Shown here one piece after another: positions 12,410-24,153 of a stretch of 64,000 bases of DNA (positions within the stretch are counted from its first letter, which is position 1; every line of letters starts with the position of its first letter). Origin of the DNA: Marsupella aquatica (Eukaryota; Plantae; Marchantiophyta); NCBI GenBank assembly GCA_973895155.1, contig OZ316891.1, positions 15,841,037 to 15,905,036 on the forward strand. Direction: 5' to 3'. The position numbers were made by a program, and so were the translations under genes. The notes beneath the pieces were generated by a model, which had not been told where the DNA came from, searched no databases, and worked only from the letters and a program-made list of their open reading frames with translations.

Positions 12410-13584
12410 GTAATGGTAATGGTAATGGTAATGTATTATAAGCTCCGGGACCATGAAAGTCAAAGGAGCTGCCACAAAAAGTAAAGTACAATGCAATCAA
12501 AGAAAAGAGCAACCAAAAGAGATTGCTCAGAAGAGGACAACTATGTCCTCAAAGAAACTATGGACCTAGAGAGCCCTATGGACCTAGAGAGCCCTGAAAG
12601 ATTTTCCAAACCTATTCTCCTTTCCCTATCCACCGCAAAGATATATCTTCCAAGTTGTTGAGGGGGCAGACCAAACAATGCATACAAATCTTTCACCAAG
12701 ATTTGAGATGCCATCCTAACCCCCTCATAAAACTTGCAAGCAATGAATACATGATATTCATTCTCTATACTAGAGCTATCACATAGTTGACAAACCCTCT
12801 TTTTCCTGTCAATATCCTTCCATCTCCCTTGTTCTACTTCAAGGTGGTGTGAGCTTAGTCTATACTGAGCAATAAGTTGTCTAAGTTGTACTGAGATAGT
12901 GCTAGATAAGTATTCTTGTTCTCGATATTTCTTCATGGGGTTCACATCTCTCATGTAGTATTGCTGCCGTGGGCTAGGTTCATGCCAAAGTTTGTGCAAA
13001 GCCTTTTGCTCGAGTTTTGCTCTTAGCTTGGTTGGGTGTGTTGGCCATTCATGTTCAGGAAAATCCCAAGCATGGGCCCACCTGCACACATCTGCATACC
13101 ACCCTTTAGCTGAAGATGAGCGCAAGGCATGAAAAGGAAATCTGTTTTCCTCCAACTCTCTTACACGCATGATGTATTTGAGTGTGTGGAAGAGTGCCTC
13201 CACCTCCAAAGGAAACAAGCCTGCCTCTGCAAGTGTAAGTGCATATGGGGTTTGTGACTTGATCCCAAGCTCCATCTCAAGAAATAGCTTTTGCAGCCCC
13301 TCAATCTGTTGCCACCCAGATTTAGACACACCCGCTCCCCAAATTGGTGCTCCATAAAGAATGACTGGTTTCACCAAAGCTCCAAAGAGATGTTTCCTTA
13401 ACCTCCAAGTGTGTAGACCAGCTCTTTTGCATTTGTTCATGAATGCATAAAAAGCTCTGTACCCATTGGCAGCCCTAGATTTTACACATGAGGCCCAACT
13501 CAAGTTTTGAGAGAACTCCACCCCAAGGTATTTGTAGGTCCTCACAAATTCCACCAGATTCCCTTGGAAGTAGAGCTCTGGATT
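12410..13584 (-). mobile_element. 5'-truncated family A LINE nested in the left CACTA subterminal repeats
   Basis: (TAATGG)n tail at about 12410; ORF 12541-13647 is the ORF2 C-terminus; TCGCA repeats resume after about 13585. Confidence 0.9.
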
Positions 13585-14625
13585 GTCTCGCAAATGAGCG
13601 ATGTTTGTGGAATATATGGCTAACTTGCGATAGTAATAGGCTCGCAAATCCTGTGCCTGTCTAGGGTCTCATTTTGTGAATGTTTTGGTTTCGCAACTTT
13701 GAGATGGTGGTATCTTCGGAAGTTTGCGATGAGGGGATGATGGCAATTAGGGAGCAGTTAAGTATCGCAAATGTAGCGATGAGTTTGCAGGTGTAGGGGT
13801 TTCCCAAGATGTTTCGCAAAATATTATGAGCGCTTCAAAGAGGTGGAAAAGGAATGGGATTGGGGAGGGAGGGTAAAGGAGGGTGGATACATGTAATTTT
13901 TAGGGAGGGACAATGAAAAGGAGGAGGAAGGGAATGGGGCTAGGAGGGACAAGGAACGGAGGGATCCAAGAGGGAGGATACAGGTTTAGGGGGCACAAGG
14001 AAATGAGGGAGGAGGAAGGGTATGTAGATATAGTTTTAGGGAGGGTTTGGATTTAGGGAGTGAAAATAAAAGGAGGGAGTTTAGGGTTTAGAGAGGGACA
14101 AGGAAAGGAGGGAGGGTATTGGTTTAGAGAGGGACAAGGAAATGAGGGAGGTTTAAGGGTATAGGTTTAGGAGGGAGGAGAGAAGCTAGGTTGTATAGGT
14201 AAGAGTGGGGGACAGGGGTGGAAAGTAAGGAAAGTATAGGGTTGAAATAGAAAGCCAGGGGTTGGGACAAGGAGAGGAAGGAGGAAGGAGGGTTTAATAA
14301 GAGGGACAGACAATGAAAGAAAGGAGGAGGGAGGTGGGTACAAGTAATAAGGAGAACAGCTAGGGGGGGATTAGGAAAGCATGGAGGATAGAGGACTACA
14401 AGCAACATGAGTTTTCTTTGCATAAAGTCTACCAAAAGGTGTGGTGAGTGTGGGGTAGGGATGGGAGATATAGAAAACAACATTTGAAAATGATATACTT
14501 ACAAAACATAAGTTTATTGATAATTGAGAAGCACATATTTCTCCATTCTACCGAGAAGAGAAATCTTCATATCATCAAATCTAACTATATATCCGTGTAG
14601 CTATATATCCACAAACACAGACCCC

Positions 14626-17600
14626 TCAAACTTGGTCCTCATCATCTTCAGGTTGGGACACAACCAGAATATCAGGCTTTTCCCCAACGATTGAACGAGA
14701 CCGTGGCACATATGTGATGACAAGTGACCATTCCTCTGGGTTTGGGGGGTATGGAATATAGAAACATTGTTCCACATGACTTGGAAAAGTGAACGGCTCT
14801 GATGTTTGCCAATGAGATGGCTGGAAACTAGTGGCAGACATCTTCAGTCGTGTAAATCCACACTCATCTTGAACCACAGTAGGATTGTTACCTGCAAGGT
14901 TCACTTTGAACCACTTGCACTTGAAGACATACTTTTCAAACTTTGATTGTGCATCATAAGATATCACTAGAATCTCTTCTACCTTTCCATAATGTGGCAC
15001 AACATCTCGAATAATATTTGTGTCATGGCGACTGCTGCAGGAATCTTGAGAGAATTGTCCTTGAACTCCACAATCAAAGGTACGACCCCTCTTCTCATCA
15101 AGGGAAGAAATCCTAAAATCCATCAAACCATAAAGATATGTTACACAAAAATAGACACAAACATATTCCAATTAATTGAACACACCAAGAATCTGCCTCT
15201 TCAATATACGTGCTTGTATTACAAATGAATTAAATTAAACCAAGTGATTCAAATCAAAGGTTACTAAGGTAGATGGAGATCACCTGAAATGTCTTCCTTG
15301 TGTCCACATTGCTGTCCTTGTTGTAACCACTCTCAAGGGACCATGAACAATGGTACGAACATCATCTGTGATAGCCGGAAAATGTAATACACTCTCTCCC
15401 CTGACCACCATGTCATCCACCTCAACTAACTTCTCCTTCATATAGTCAAGGTACTTTGGAAAAATCCTTGGTCTTGTGCTGTTACTTTTGGCATCCTCAT
15501 AGAAATCTTTCCATTCTTCCATGATAGTGCTGTTACTCAACATGAATGTGGTCAGTTGTTTCACCTCCACTGGTGTCAACATGCGAGTTTTCCTAGCACC
15601 TGTTAAACGATCCTCTTCATCTTCCCTCTCCTCTACCCAAGTACGGAGAGAGGTACAATCAATTGTGGCCAATATGTTACTACAATAGAACATACTCTCA
15701 GCTGCTAAGTATCCTGTAGCCATGCTTCCCTCAACCCGTGCACGGTTACGTACATAACCTTTTAACACTGCCATGTATCATTCTAGCCAATACATCCACC
15801 GACAATGCACAGGACCTGCAATGGCCACCTCATGAACAAGATGAACAAGTAAATGCACTTGACAGTCAAAAAAGGAAGGAGGAAGGGCCTTCTCCAACTT
15901 GCATACCACCTCTGCTGCCAAAACCTCCATCCCAGGGATCTCATCAGTATATATCTCCTTAGAGCATACCCATCTCAATAGTTTTCCCAATGACCAAAGG
16001 GCATCTTGCATTCTTCACTTGCCAAACCTATTATGGCCACAGGCGATATGTGCTGCAATAACCTATGGTAGTCATGTGTCTTGAGATACCTTGGCCACTT
16101 ATGATTGTCCTCCATCCCAAAGGCCTTTCGAAGATTGGCACCATAACTAGTAGGAAACCGCATGTCTCCTATGCGATTCTGAAACTCCCTTCTCTGGCCA
16201 ATAGGAAGCACCCATGGAGCTGAAGGTCGATGCTCGATCCCTGTGATAGGATCACTTATGACCCACACATCTGGATGCATCTCAAGATCCTCACAAGCCT
16301 CCCTGAAGTTAGTGTCTTTCTCTCCATAGAAAGCCTTTATCAAAGCCTTTCCCACATTTCCCTCAATGTGCATGGGGTCTAATAGATGGCGGATCTTCAA
16401 CTCACCCCAATAGGGCAAAGTGGTTAATATACTCCACCTTGTCAAGCCACTACCGTCAAATTGCATGGGATCCTCTGGGTCTGCCACTCTTGCAGCCATG
16501 TCTTTCCAGTGTGTAAAAGTTGTTGGCTCAGGTACATCACGCTCGTCACCAAAGGGCATATCAATAGAGGAAAATAGTAGTGGGTCACGCCTCATCTGAT
16601 GTCCCATTGGAAGAAACTTTGTATGCCCAAGATAAACAATCTTGCGAAGATGTGATGAATACTTGGCTACATCACCAAGGCTTGGGCCACAAGTGGAGCA
16701 AGCCTTGTACCCTTGGGTTTGCAACCCACTCACAAAGCCAAATCCTGGTCATATAAACACACATTATGTTAGGATTAGCACATGGAAATGAGGGGATACC
16801 ATGCATTAGAATATGATGCATTTAAACAACAAAGTTCTTACCTGGGTAGTCATACATGGTCCACATACAAACCCCTTTGAGTTTGAAAACCCGTGGGGTA
16901 CCCCCTGTAGTCTTTCGACCATCATATGCCCATACTCCTTCCCATAATTTCTGGAGTTCCTGAACCAGTAATGTCAAATAGGTGTCCATGTTCTTCACCT
17001 TCTTTGGCCCTGGGATAATCAAAGATAGCAACAAAAAACCCTTTTTCATGGACAACCATGGTGGAAGGTTGTAATTCATGAGAACCACAGGCCAGACCGA
17101 TGTAGGTCTCCCCTTCCCTCCAAGTGAATGAGGGCTAACTCCATCTGATGCCAACCCCAGTCGCACATGCTGAGGGTCACGCTCAAAATCTGGCCATGTT
17201 GATTCCACATGTTTATGAGCAGGAGAGTCAACTGGTAATCGCATGACACCGGGCTCCGAACGATGTTTCTTGTGCCATACCATCAACTTGGCCAAGTCAG
17301 AACATCTATACATGTGCAACAAGCGAGGAATTATGGGGAACCAACGAACTGCTTTCCTTGGTACCTTCTGGGTTAGCATGTTTGGCTCATACCGTGGCTT
17401 ATGACACACTGTGCATTCTGTGATATGGGCTGTATCCCCGTGAAATAACATGCAATCATTCACACAGGCATGAATAATATGGTAATCCATACCAATGGAT
17501 GAGAGAACCTTCTTTGCATCCTTCCAGGTCCCTGGCAACACATTCTCCGAGGGTAACATCAAGTCATGACAATATTCAAATATGTCTGATAACATAGAAT

Positions 17601-19396
17601 TGCTTGTCTTGTGTTTGGCTTGAATGTTCAAGAGCCCCAATATGGCAGAAAGACGGCTCAACCGAGCACCCTCAAAAATAGGTGTTCGAGCATGTTCCTC
17701 TGCCTCTTTCCATTGTTGTTGTCCCTCTGGAGTATATTGTGGCCGTGGGTCATTTGAAGGGCCAACCTCATGACCAATGTGAGGCACATCATCCTCAACA
17801 TCGGCACCAAACCAATCAACCATGAAGTCATCCATGGCTCTATCTTGATCATGCATGACCTGGTCATCAGTCCGAGGTGCGGCTTCCTCATCAGCACCAC
17901 CTACATCATTACTTGATGAGGAATCACCCTTTGATGGTTCTCCCTCTTCTGGCATACCCATCTCCCGATATGTTGCTCTCAACCTTCGTGGTAACATTTG
18001 TTGAGATGGTTGCGCATTCTATGCACATTACAACCAAAAAACCTCCTCATGTATATTTGACCAAGTACAACAAATTAAAATAGACTTAACACCATTCATT
18101 CAAGACATTAAGAATTAAAGTAAATGCATGGGCTAAAACCTTATTACTCCAAAATGAGCCCAAAGGCCATATATATAATAGTAAATGGGAAGTCCAAAAT
18201 AGGTGCAAGAGGATAAAGGACATGATTTCCTAATCCCACTCATAGTGTGTGAATAACTCATCTCCTGCTCTAATGGTCCTAGTAGCAAGAACTAAGCAAT
18301 GGTCCTTATGATATGTCGTGCCATATGGTGCCGGCATTGGACCATCAGTAAAAACCCACTCACAATTGGCCCTACGCTTGGGCCGAGTCCCCACAGTACT
18401 ATTTATGAAACCAACAATATTCCCATTACGTATGGGATCACCATCTATCACCCGCTGCTCACTATACCTTCTAGTGCTACCATCAAAAGTATCCATCTCT
18501 AGAGCATATGTTTTCCACTCAGGATGTTGTGCAAGGATCATGTTCCAATGTCTTCTCTTGTAGATGGGTCCACCGTATGGGAACAAAGTAGGACCCTCTC
18601 TACCACGAACACTTGACCCACCCTCCTCATCCATGATGATATCCTCACAAGCAAATACTCCATATCCATGTCTCTCTCCAAGTGTGGAAGTTTTCACAAT
18701 CCAACGTCTACCCCAAACCACAATCTCCTCATCAAAATCTGTAAAATAAGGCAAGCCAAGAGTGATAGGTTCCCAATCCTTGATGATAGAGGCACACTTG
18801 CCAGTGAATGAACAAACACCCCACCTACCCTGAACTAGTGTTCTAGATGGGTCATTGGGTGCTCGTGGCCTCCTGTTGGATTGGGGCCTGGACCGGGGTC
18901 TTCGTGTCTCAGTGGGCACATGAGGGTGTTCCCCTCCTGTCCCATGACTGGTACTAATTCCCAAACCCAAGGCTTGTGAAAGTGCATTGACTATAGCATC
19001 TAAAACTCCTTGTGATGGGACATAGGGTGGTGGTGTCACCAATCTACGCATACTGGATCCCTATTCCATGCAAACACCCACAAACAACCAAATGTGTAAA
19101 CCATATGTGTAAACATTGATTCACCTCTAAAAATAACAGTAAAGAACGGCAATCAATTGAAACAAACTTACCATATGGGATGAAGAAGCCCCGGGAGTAA
19201 GACCTCTATGACGTCCATATCTCTCAATATGTTGAGCACACACATAAGATTTTTGAGAAATTTGGCCCACACATCTGGTGCAGTCACAAAGTCTTCGGGG
19301 TGGACCACGAGGACCAGTAACCTCGGGCTGAGGAGGAGGGGGTATATCGTCATCGAAGGAGTACTCACTACTGGATAGTTCAGAGGAAGAGGACAT
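14626..19396 (-). pseudogene. CACTA TnpD-like transposase (transposase-associated finger, Transposase_21, DUF4218- and DUF4216-like regions), multi-exon with frameshifts
   Basis: Exon 1 has LCDCTRC..CAQHIERYG. Downstream motifs: IHACVNDCMLF, VRLGLASDGVSP, WPVVLMNYNLPPW, HLLDPMHIEGNV, FFDCQVHLLVHL, GPVHCRWMY, YVRNRARVEGSM, YGKVEEI, FKCKWF. Frame breaks near 16010 and 15776. Confidence 0.88.
18230..19060 (-). CDS. SET-domain (lysine methyltransferase-like) exon within the CACTA element
   Basis: Uninterrupted ORF with KTSTLGERHGYGVFACEDI, YGG, IDG..GNIVGFINS..ANC and VLATRTIRAGDELFTHY, matching SET motifs I-IV. Confidence 0.8.
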   Translation of the reverse strand, partial: GSSMRRLVTPPPYVPSQGVLDAIVNALSQALGLGISTSHGTGGEHPHVPTETRRPRSRPQSNRRPRAPNDPSRTLVQGRWGVCSFTGKCASIIKDWEPITLGLPYFTDFDEEIVVWGRRWIVKTSTLGERHGYGVFACEDIIMDEEGGSSVRGREGPTLFPYGGPIYKRRHWNMILAQHPEWKTYALEMDTFDGSTRRYSEQRVIDGDPIRNGNIVGFINSTVGTRPKRRANCEWVFTDGPMPAPYGTTYHKDHCLVLATRTIRAGDELFTHYEWD

Positions 19397-19539
19397 ATCC
19401 ACTGCCACATTACATTGCATGTAGGGCATGATTAGGAAAAATTAGGCCATATATAAAGCGATTTTAAAAAAAATGAACTCAAAAAACAATTAGGTTGGTT
19501 TATACATGGGGTTTTATTACCCTTTTATATTTGTTAGCA

Positions 19540-20560
19540 TGAAACCCAAATTAAGGTGAGTGTCATGCAAGAAGAAACCACATTATAACCTTTGGGAAAA
19601 TTGTAATACCCTATGTCCTAAGTGAGGTTAGATTATTACCTGAATGAGACCCGGGCTCAATAGTGCCTATAGGTCACGTGGCTTTTGGAACATTTGCCAA
19701 ATCTAGAAGTAGGAGGAAAATACTGGAAACAAAATGTAAGTTTGGATGGTAATTAGCAGCCGTCAAGTTGTGGAATCTTAGACATTTACCCACATATATC
19801 ATGGCACAACAAAGAAGGGCAAGCATAAAAATCTGTACTAACAACATTGACTGTATACATGATGTTATACCTTTTAGATGCCCGGGTTCCCACAATGCAT
19901 ATGCATTAGACAAAAGTTGAGGTAGTAGTGTTGGCCCTGCGTTGTATCATGATTACATGGGTTTTCCCCTCAATTGTTAGCATAAAACCCTAAACCCTAA
20001 ACCCTTATCCCCCCTCGAGTGAAAGGTGAGTGTCATGCAATAAAAACCCACCCTAGACCCCTGGGAAAACTCTAAAGGCCTAAGCCCAAAATGAAGTTGG
20101 ACAATAATTACCTGAATGAGATCCGGACTCAATAGTGCCTGTAGGTCGTGTGGCTCATTGAACATGAGCTGAATCTAGAAGCACGAGGAAAATACTGGAA
20201 ACAAAAAAGTAAGTTTGGATAGCCATTAGCTTCTCTCAAGTTGTAGACCCCCAAACATGTGCATATAGATATTCTTGCACAACAAAGAAGGGCAAGGTTT
20301 ATGAACAATCTCTTTATCAAACCCTGCTAACATACATGTTTAAATATACCTTTTAGATGTCCGGGTTCCCACAATGCATATGCATTAGACAAAAGTTGAG
20401 GAAGCAGTGATGGTCCTGCACTGGATCATGATTACATGGGATTTCCCTCAATTGTTAGCATAAAAACCAAAACCTCATCCCGCTTCAAGTGAAAGGTGAG
20501 TGTCATGCAATAAAAACCCACCATAGACCCTTGGGAACTCTAAAAGCGTAAGCCAATGAA
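19540..20560. repeat. Degenerate ~470-bp direct repeats (two full units plus a partial) in the CACTA intergenic region
   Basis: AAGGTGAGTGTCATGCAA recurs at about 19553, 20023 and 20493; CCGGGTTCCCACAATGCATATGCATTAGACAAAAGTTGAGG occurs at about 19882 and 20361. Confidence 0.85.
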
Positions 20561-21307
20561 ATTAGCAAAAACCTAAATGGTCAATTCCCTTCAACCATCC
20601 TATGCTTCTCTCTACCATAATTATATGCCACCCCTCTTGGTTACCCTCCTAAGATACCATAAAAGTAACCCAAGATACTATAAAACTGAAACCTCTCTTT
20701 CAAACCCTCCTAAGTTGGCCTAAACCCCAAAACCCAAAACATAAAACCCCTCCTAGCTCTTACCCTCCAATACATATAACCCCAACCTTCATAAATAAAA
20801 CCCCCCTGCAAACCCAAAACATAAAACCCCTCGTATCTAAGCCAATCTAAGCCCAACCTTCACAAAAGAAACCCTCCCCTAACCAGGCCAAACCCCCTCC
20901 TCTTACCCTGCAATATAACTCCTTCAATTTTCTAACCCCCCCAATCCATATCTCATCACATCCCACTAAAATGCAACATAATCCTCTACATCTACCCCAT
21001 TTAATGTTCATAAGCCCCCTTAGTATCCCTAACAACACATCAAATACGCATGCGAGACGGGGGTTATGGCAAAACCAAATAGCGAAGGCTTTTGCGAATC
21101 TTGAAGCTTCGCAAAGATAGAATTTGCGAAGCTTTTTGCGAAGGCCGATGCATCGCAAACTGCGATGCGAAACGAATCGCAAAGCCCAATATTTTGAATC
21201 CTTATGGATTGCCGAGCGCGGACAAGGCGGATTCAGTTCATTCAGGCCTGAGGAGAGCAACGAGGGCAAGGGCGGAGCGATAGCGAGCGAAGAGGGGACT
21301 GGTGGTG

Positions 21308-23385
21308 ATGGAGGAGCTTCTGGCAGCAACGGAGGCAACCGAGGGGGGGGATCGATTGAAGGCGATTGTGGATGAGCATTTTTTGGTTGCACAGTTGAGT
21401 CAAATTGATTTCACCAGTCCAGCAGGGCTGGCATCATTGAGTGCCCTTCTGGGCCAAGCCTTGCAAGCAGGTCTCACTGCAGGGCAAGCAACAGTGGAGG
21501 AGGATGCAAGGAAGGCAGCAGAGCAGGCGGCTGCTGAGAGGAAGCGAAAGAGGGATGAGAGAGCTCAGGCTGGAGTGCTCTCGCCTCAAGCATTGGAAAA
21601 GAAGAGGAGGAAAGATGAGAGAGACCTGATCAGGAAACAGAGGGAGGAGCAAAGAAAGAAGGAGGCAGCAAGGAGGAAGCTGCCTCTGATTACTTTAGAG
21701 GATGAGGGGATTCCCACCGAGCTTGCTTACAATGGGGCCAAGAGCACAATCAGGCACATTGTATCCACAAATTTTGCAAGAGGAGTCGAGTGGGGCACTC
21801 ACTCAAAGGCAGAGCAGAAGCGAGTCATCAATCAGGTGAAAGATGCATTTCGAAATGGAGGAGAGATGGATTCACAGTGGCTTGCTGACAAAATTTCAAA
21901 CTCCATGTCACAAGCTAGATACCATGATAGAATGAAGATCAGGTCTCACCTTAGAGATTTGGAGGAGTATAGGAATTTGCAGAGGCCGCTGCAATTCTCA
22001 GAAGATATCTGGCAGGCCTTCTACCAGACAGAGGTGAAGTTGAAAGCAGCCAGGCTCCTCAATGATTTCACAGAGAAGCTGGCAAAGGCTCGAAGGGCAA
22101 AGGAGGCCGGGAAGTCTGACCGGGACCTGAAGGTGATGGAGCAGAAGGTAGCCCAGCTCCAGCAGGTTGTAGCAGAAGTAGGCGATCCACCCAACAAGTT
22201 CCTGAAGGCAGCTGAGCGAGTCCGAGACAAGCCCAACATCACCCACAGGCTGGGTCAAGGTGGCCTCCCCGGCCTCAAAACAGCATTCGTGAGTGCACCT
22301 CCCTCTCCTCCCTTGACTTCTTGCTACTCCAATTCCTATTCCAACACACCTGCAATGAGCCAACTCTTTCTTGCATTTCCACCAAGTAATTACAATTAGA
22401 CTTGTTGTGTCAGATTAGGTCACGTACAGTTGCTTCCCTCTCGGGTTTTTGCCATGACAGAGTTTGCGATACATTTGCGATGCGGGTAGCTTCGCAAATC
22501 CTTCGCAAACCTTATTATGCCCTTTTTTTGCTTACGTTTGCGAAGGCGTTGCGAAGACGTTCGCATTGCAACCAGCTTCGCAAACGTAATTGTCCTTATG
22601 ATTGCGAAGCTGGCGCCTTCACAAAATTTCAAAAATTTGAATTTTTAAATTTTCTGATCGTTTAAGTGTTCTTTGAGGGTCTTCCCCATATATGCCACCC
22701 TCCATAACCCCAAAACCTTGATGCACCACCCCACCAGCCCCAACAAACCCCCTAATTTTTAGAAGCCATGTGAATCGAGTTATGGGTTGGTGTTAACCCA
22801 ATTGTGCTGGTTTTGTTTTGGCTTAGTACAAGAGGTACAAGAGGAAGATTACGGCGACTGAGATGGAGGTGGGCCAGAAACATGGGAAGGAGCATCTCTT
22901 TCAGCAAGTTGATGAATTATTGGTGAGAATTTTTAGGTTATTACATTCATTGCAATTTTGAATGAATATCTCTTTTGTTCACACTTGTAAAGAATATGAG
23001 ACTAACAGACACCCTGGTTTGCTAATGGAAGCAGGGAGGGGAGGATGGTGACTCCCATACCGAGGGTGGCACCGATAGTAGTGATGAGGATGTGGAGGGG
23101 ACAGGGGAGGGGAGCACAGCTCCTGCTACTCAAGCCAGGCCAACTAGCACTGGAGACCAGTCATTTGCATCAGCACGTTCCAGTGGTGCTGGGGGTGGTA
23201 GCGCGGCAAGCCAGGGCGGTGGAGGTGGGGATGAGGATGAGGATGAGGATGAGGGTGACCCCGAGGGTGACCAAGAGGAGGAGGAAGTCCAGGTTGCACC
23301 CCCCCAAGAGCACACAAGGGCAAGGAGAAGGCCAAGGGGAAGAAGGCAAGGAGGGGCAGGAACACTCCTTTCTAGCTCGATGTAG
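21308..23385 (+). CDS. CACTA second gene (TnpA/Ptta-En/Spm-like), multi-exon, divergent from TnpD
   Basis: ORF 21302-22399 contains AAERVRDKPNITHRLGQGGL, resembling the Transposase_24 motif. Donor GTGAGT at about 22289; further exons about 22826-22922 and 23035-23385 encode an acidic tail. Confidence 0.6.
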
Positions 23386-23619
23386 ACAAGTTGTAGCTAG
23401 AGCACTTACATCGAGTTCACATGTATAGCGATCAGCATGCATGGCCGTGGCACTTTACCTAAGGGTTTTTACCCTTCCATTTTGTAACTTTTGTACTTTT
23501 TCAGTAATGTCATTTTAATTGCGGCAGACTGGGTCAACATCACTTTCCTCCCTCCTTCAAAACCCATGAATGGTCTCCCTCACCCTCACCCTAACCCAAA
23601 TACACAAAAACCCATGAAA

Positions 23620-24153
23620 TATACATTTTGCGAAGCTTTTGAGAACCAACCCCCATCTCAAAGACCCACGGTGAACGTATCGCAACCATTCTGAGGAGAA
23701 ACGCATCGCAACACTTGCGATGTTGTCTAAATCACAACCCTAGCGAAGACTTCCTCTCCACACGTTTGCGAGTTAAATGCCTTCGCAACAAAGTGGTCAT
23801 CCACTTCTCGCAATCTTACGAGTTTGTTTGCATCGCAAGTTATAGAGAAATTTAACATCGGAAATTGCGATGTAAATGTTATCGCAACGCGAGCGATTCA
23901 TTTGTTCTCGCAAAATAATGAAATTTGTCGTTTCTCAATATTTGCAAGGACAGTGCCGTCGCAACGTTGCGGAGATGTTGCGACGTATTTAGAATCGCAA
24001 GTTGCAAAGTAGTTGCGAAGGGCCATTTGCGAAGAATTTGAGATGGGAAGTAGCGAAGACGAGTAAGTTCGCAAATTGGGTATTTCGGATTTTGTTTCCT
24101 TTGTATGATGCGAAGGGTGGTGGTTCGCAAAAGAGGTGCATAGTGTTGTAGTG
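23620..24153. repeat. CACTA right subterminal repeat array (TCGCA/TGCGA cores in both orientations)
   Basis: Dozens of (T/A)TCGCAA and TTGCGA(A/T) words; mirrored at 12110-12400 and 13585-13830. Confidence 0.85.

Larger units (their letters stand above)
12097..24153. mobile_element. Complete CACTA (En/Spm) DNA transposon, about 12.06 kb
   Basis: Termini CACTACTACA... and ...TGTTGTAGTG; 3-bp TSD ACT at 12094-12096 and 24154-24156; dense subterminal TCGCA/TGCGA motifs; internal TnpD-like and TnpA-like genes. Confidence 0.93.

Noticed and set aside
19984-20005. AAACCCTAAACCCTAAACCC telomere-like motif
   Set aside because: Only about 2.5 units, within a low-complexity CACTA spacer; no evidence of an interstitial telomere.
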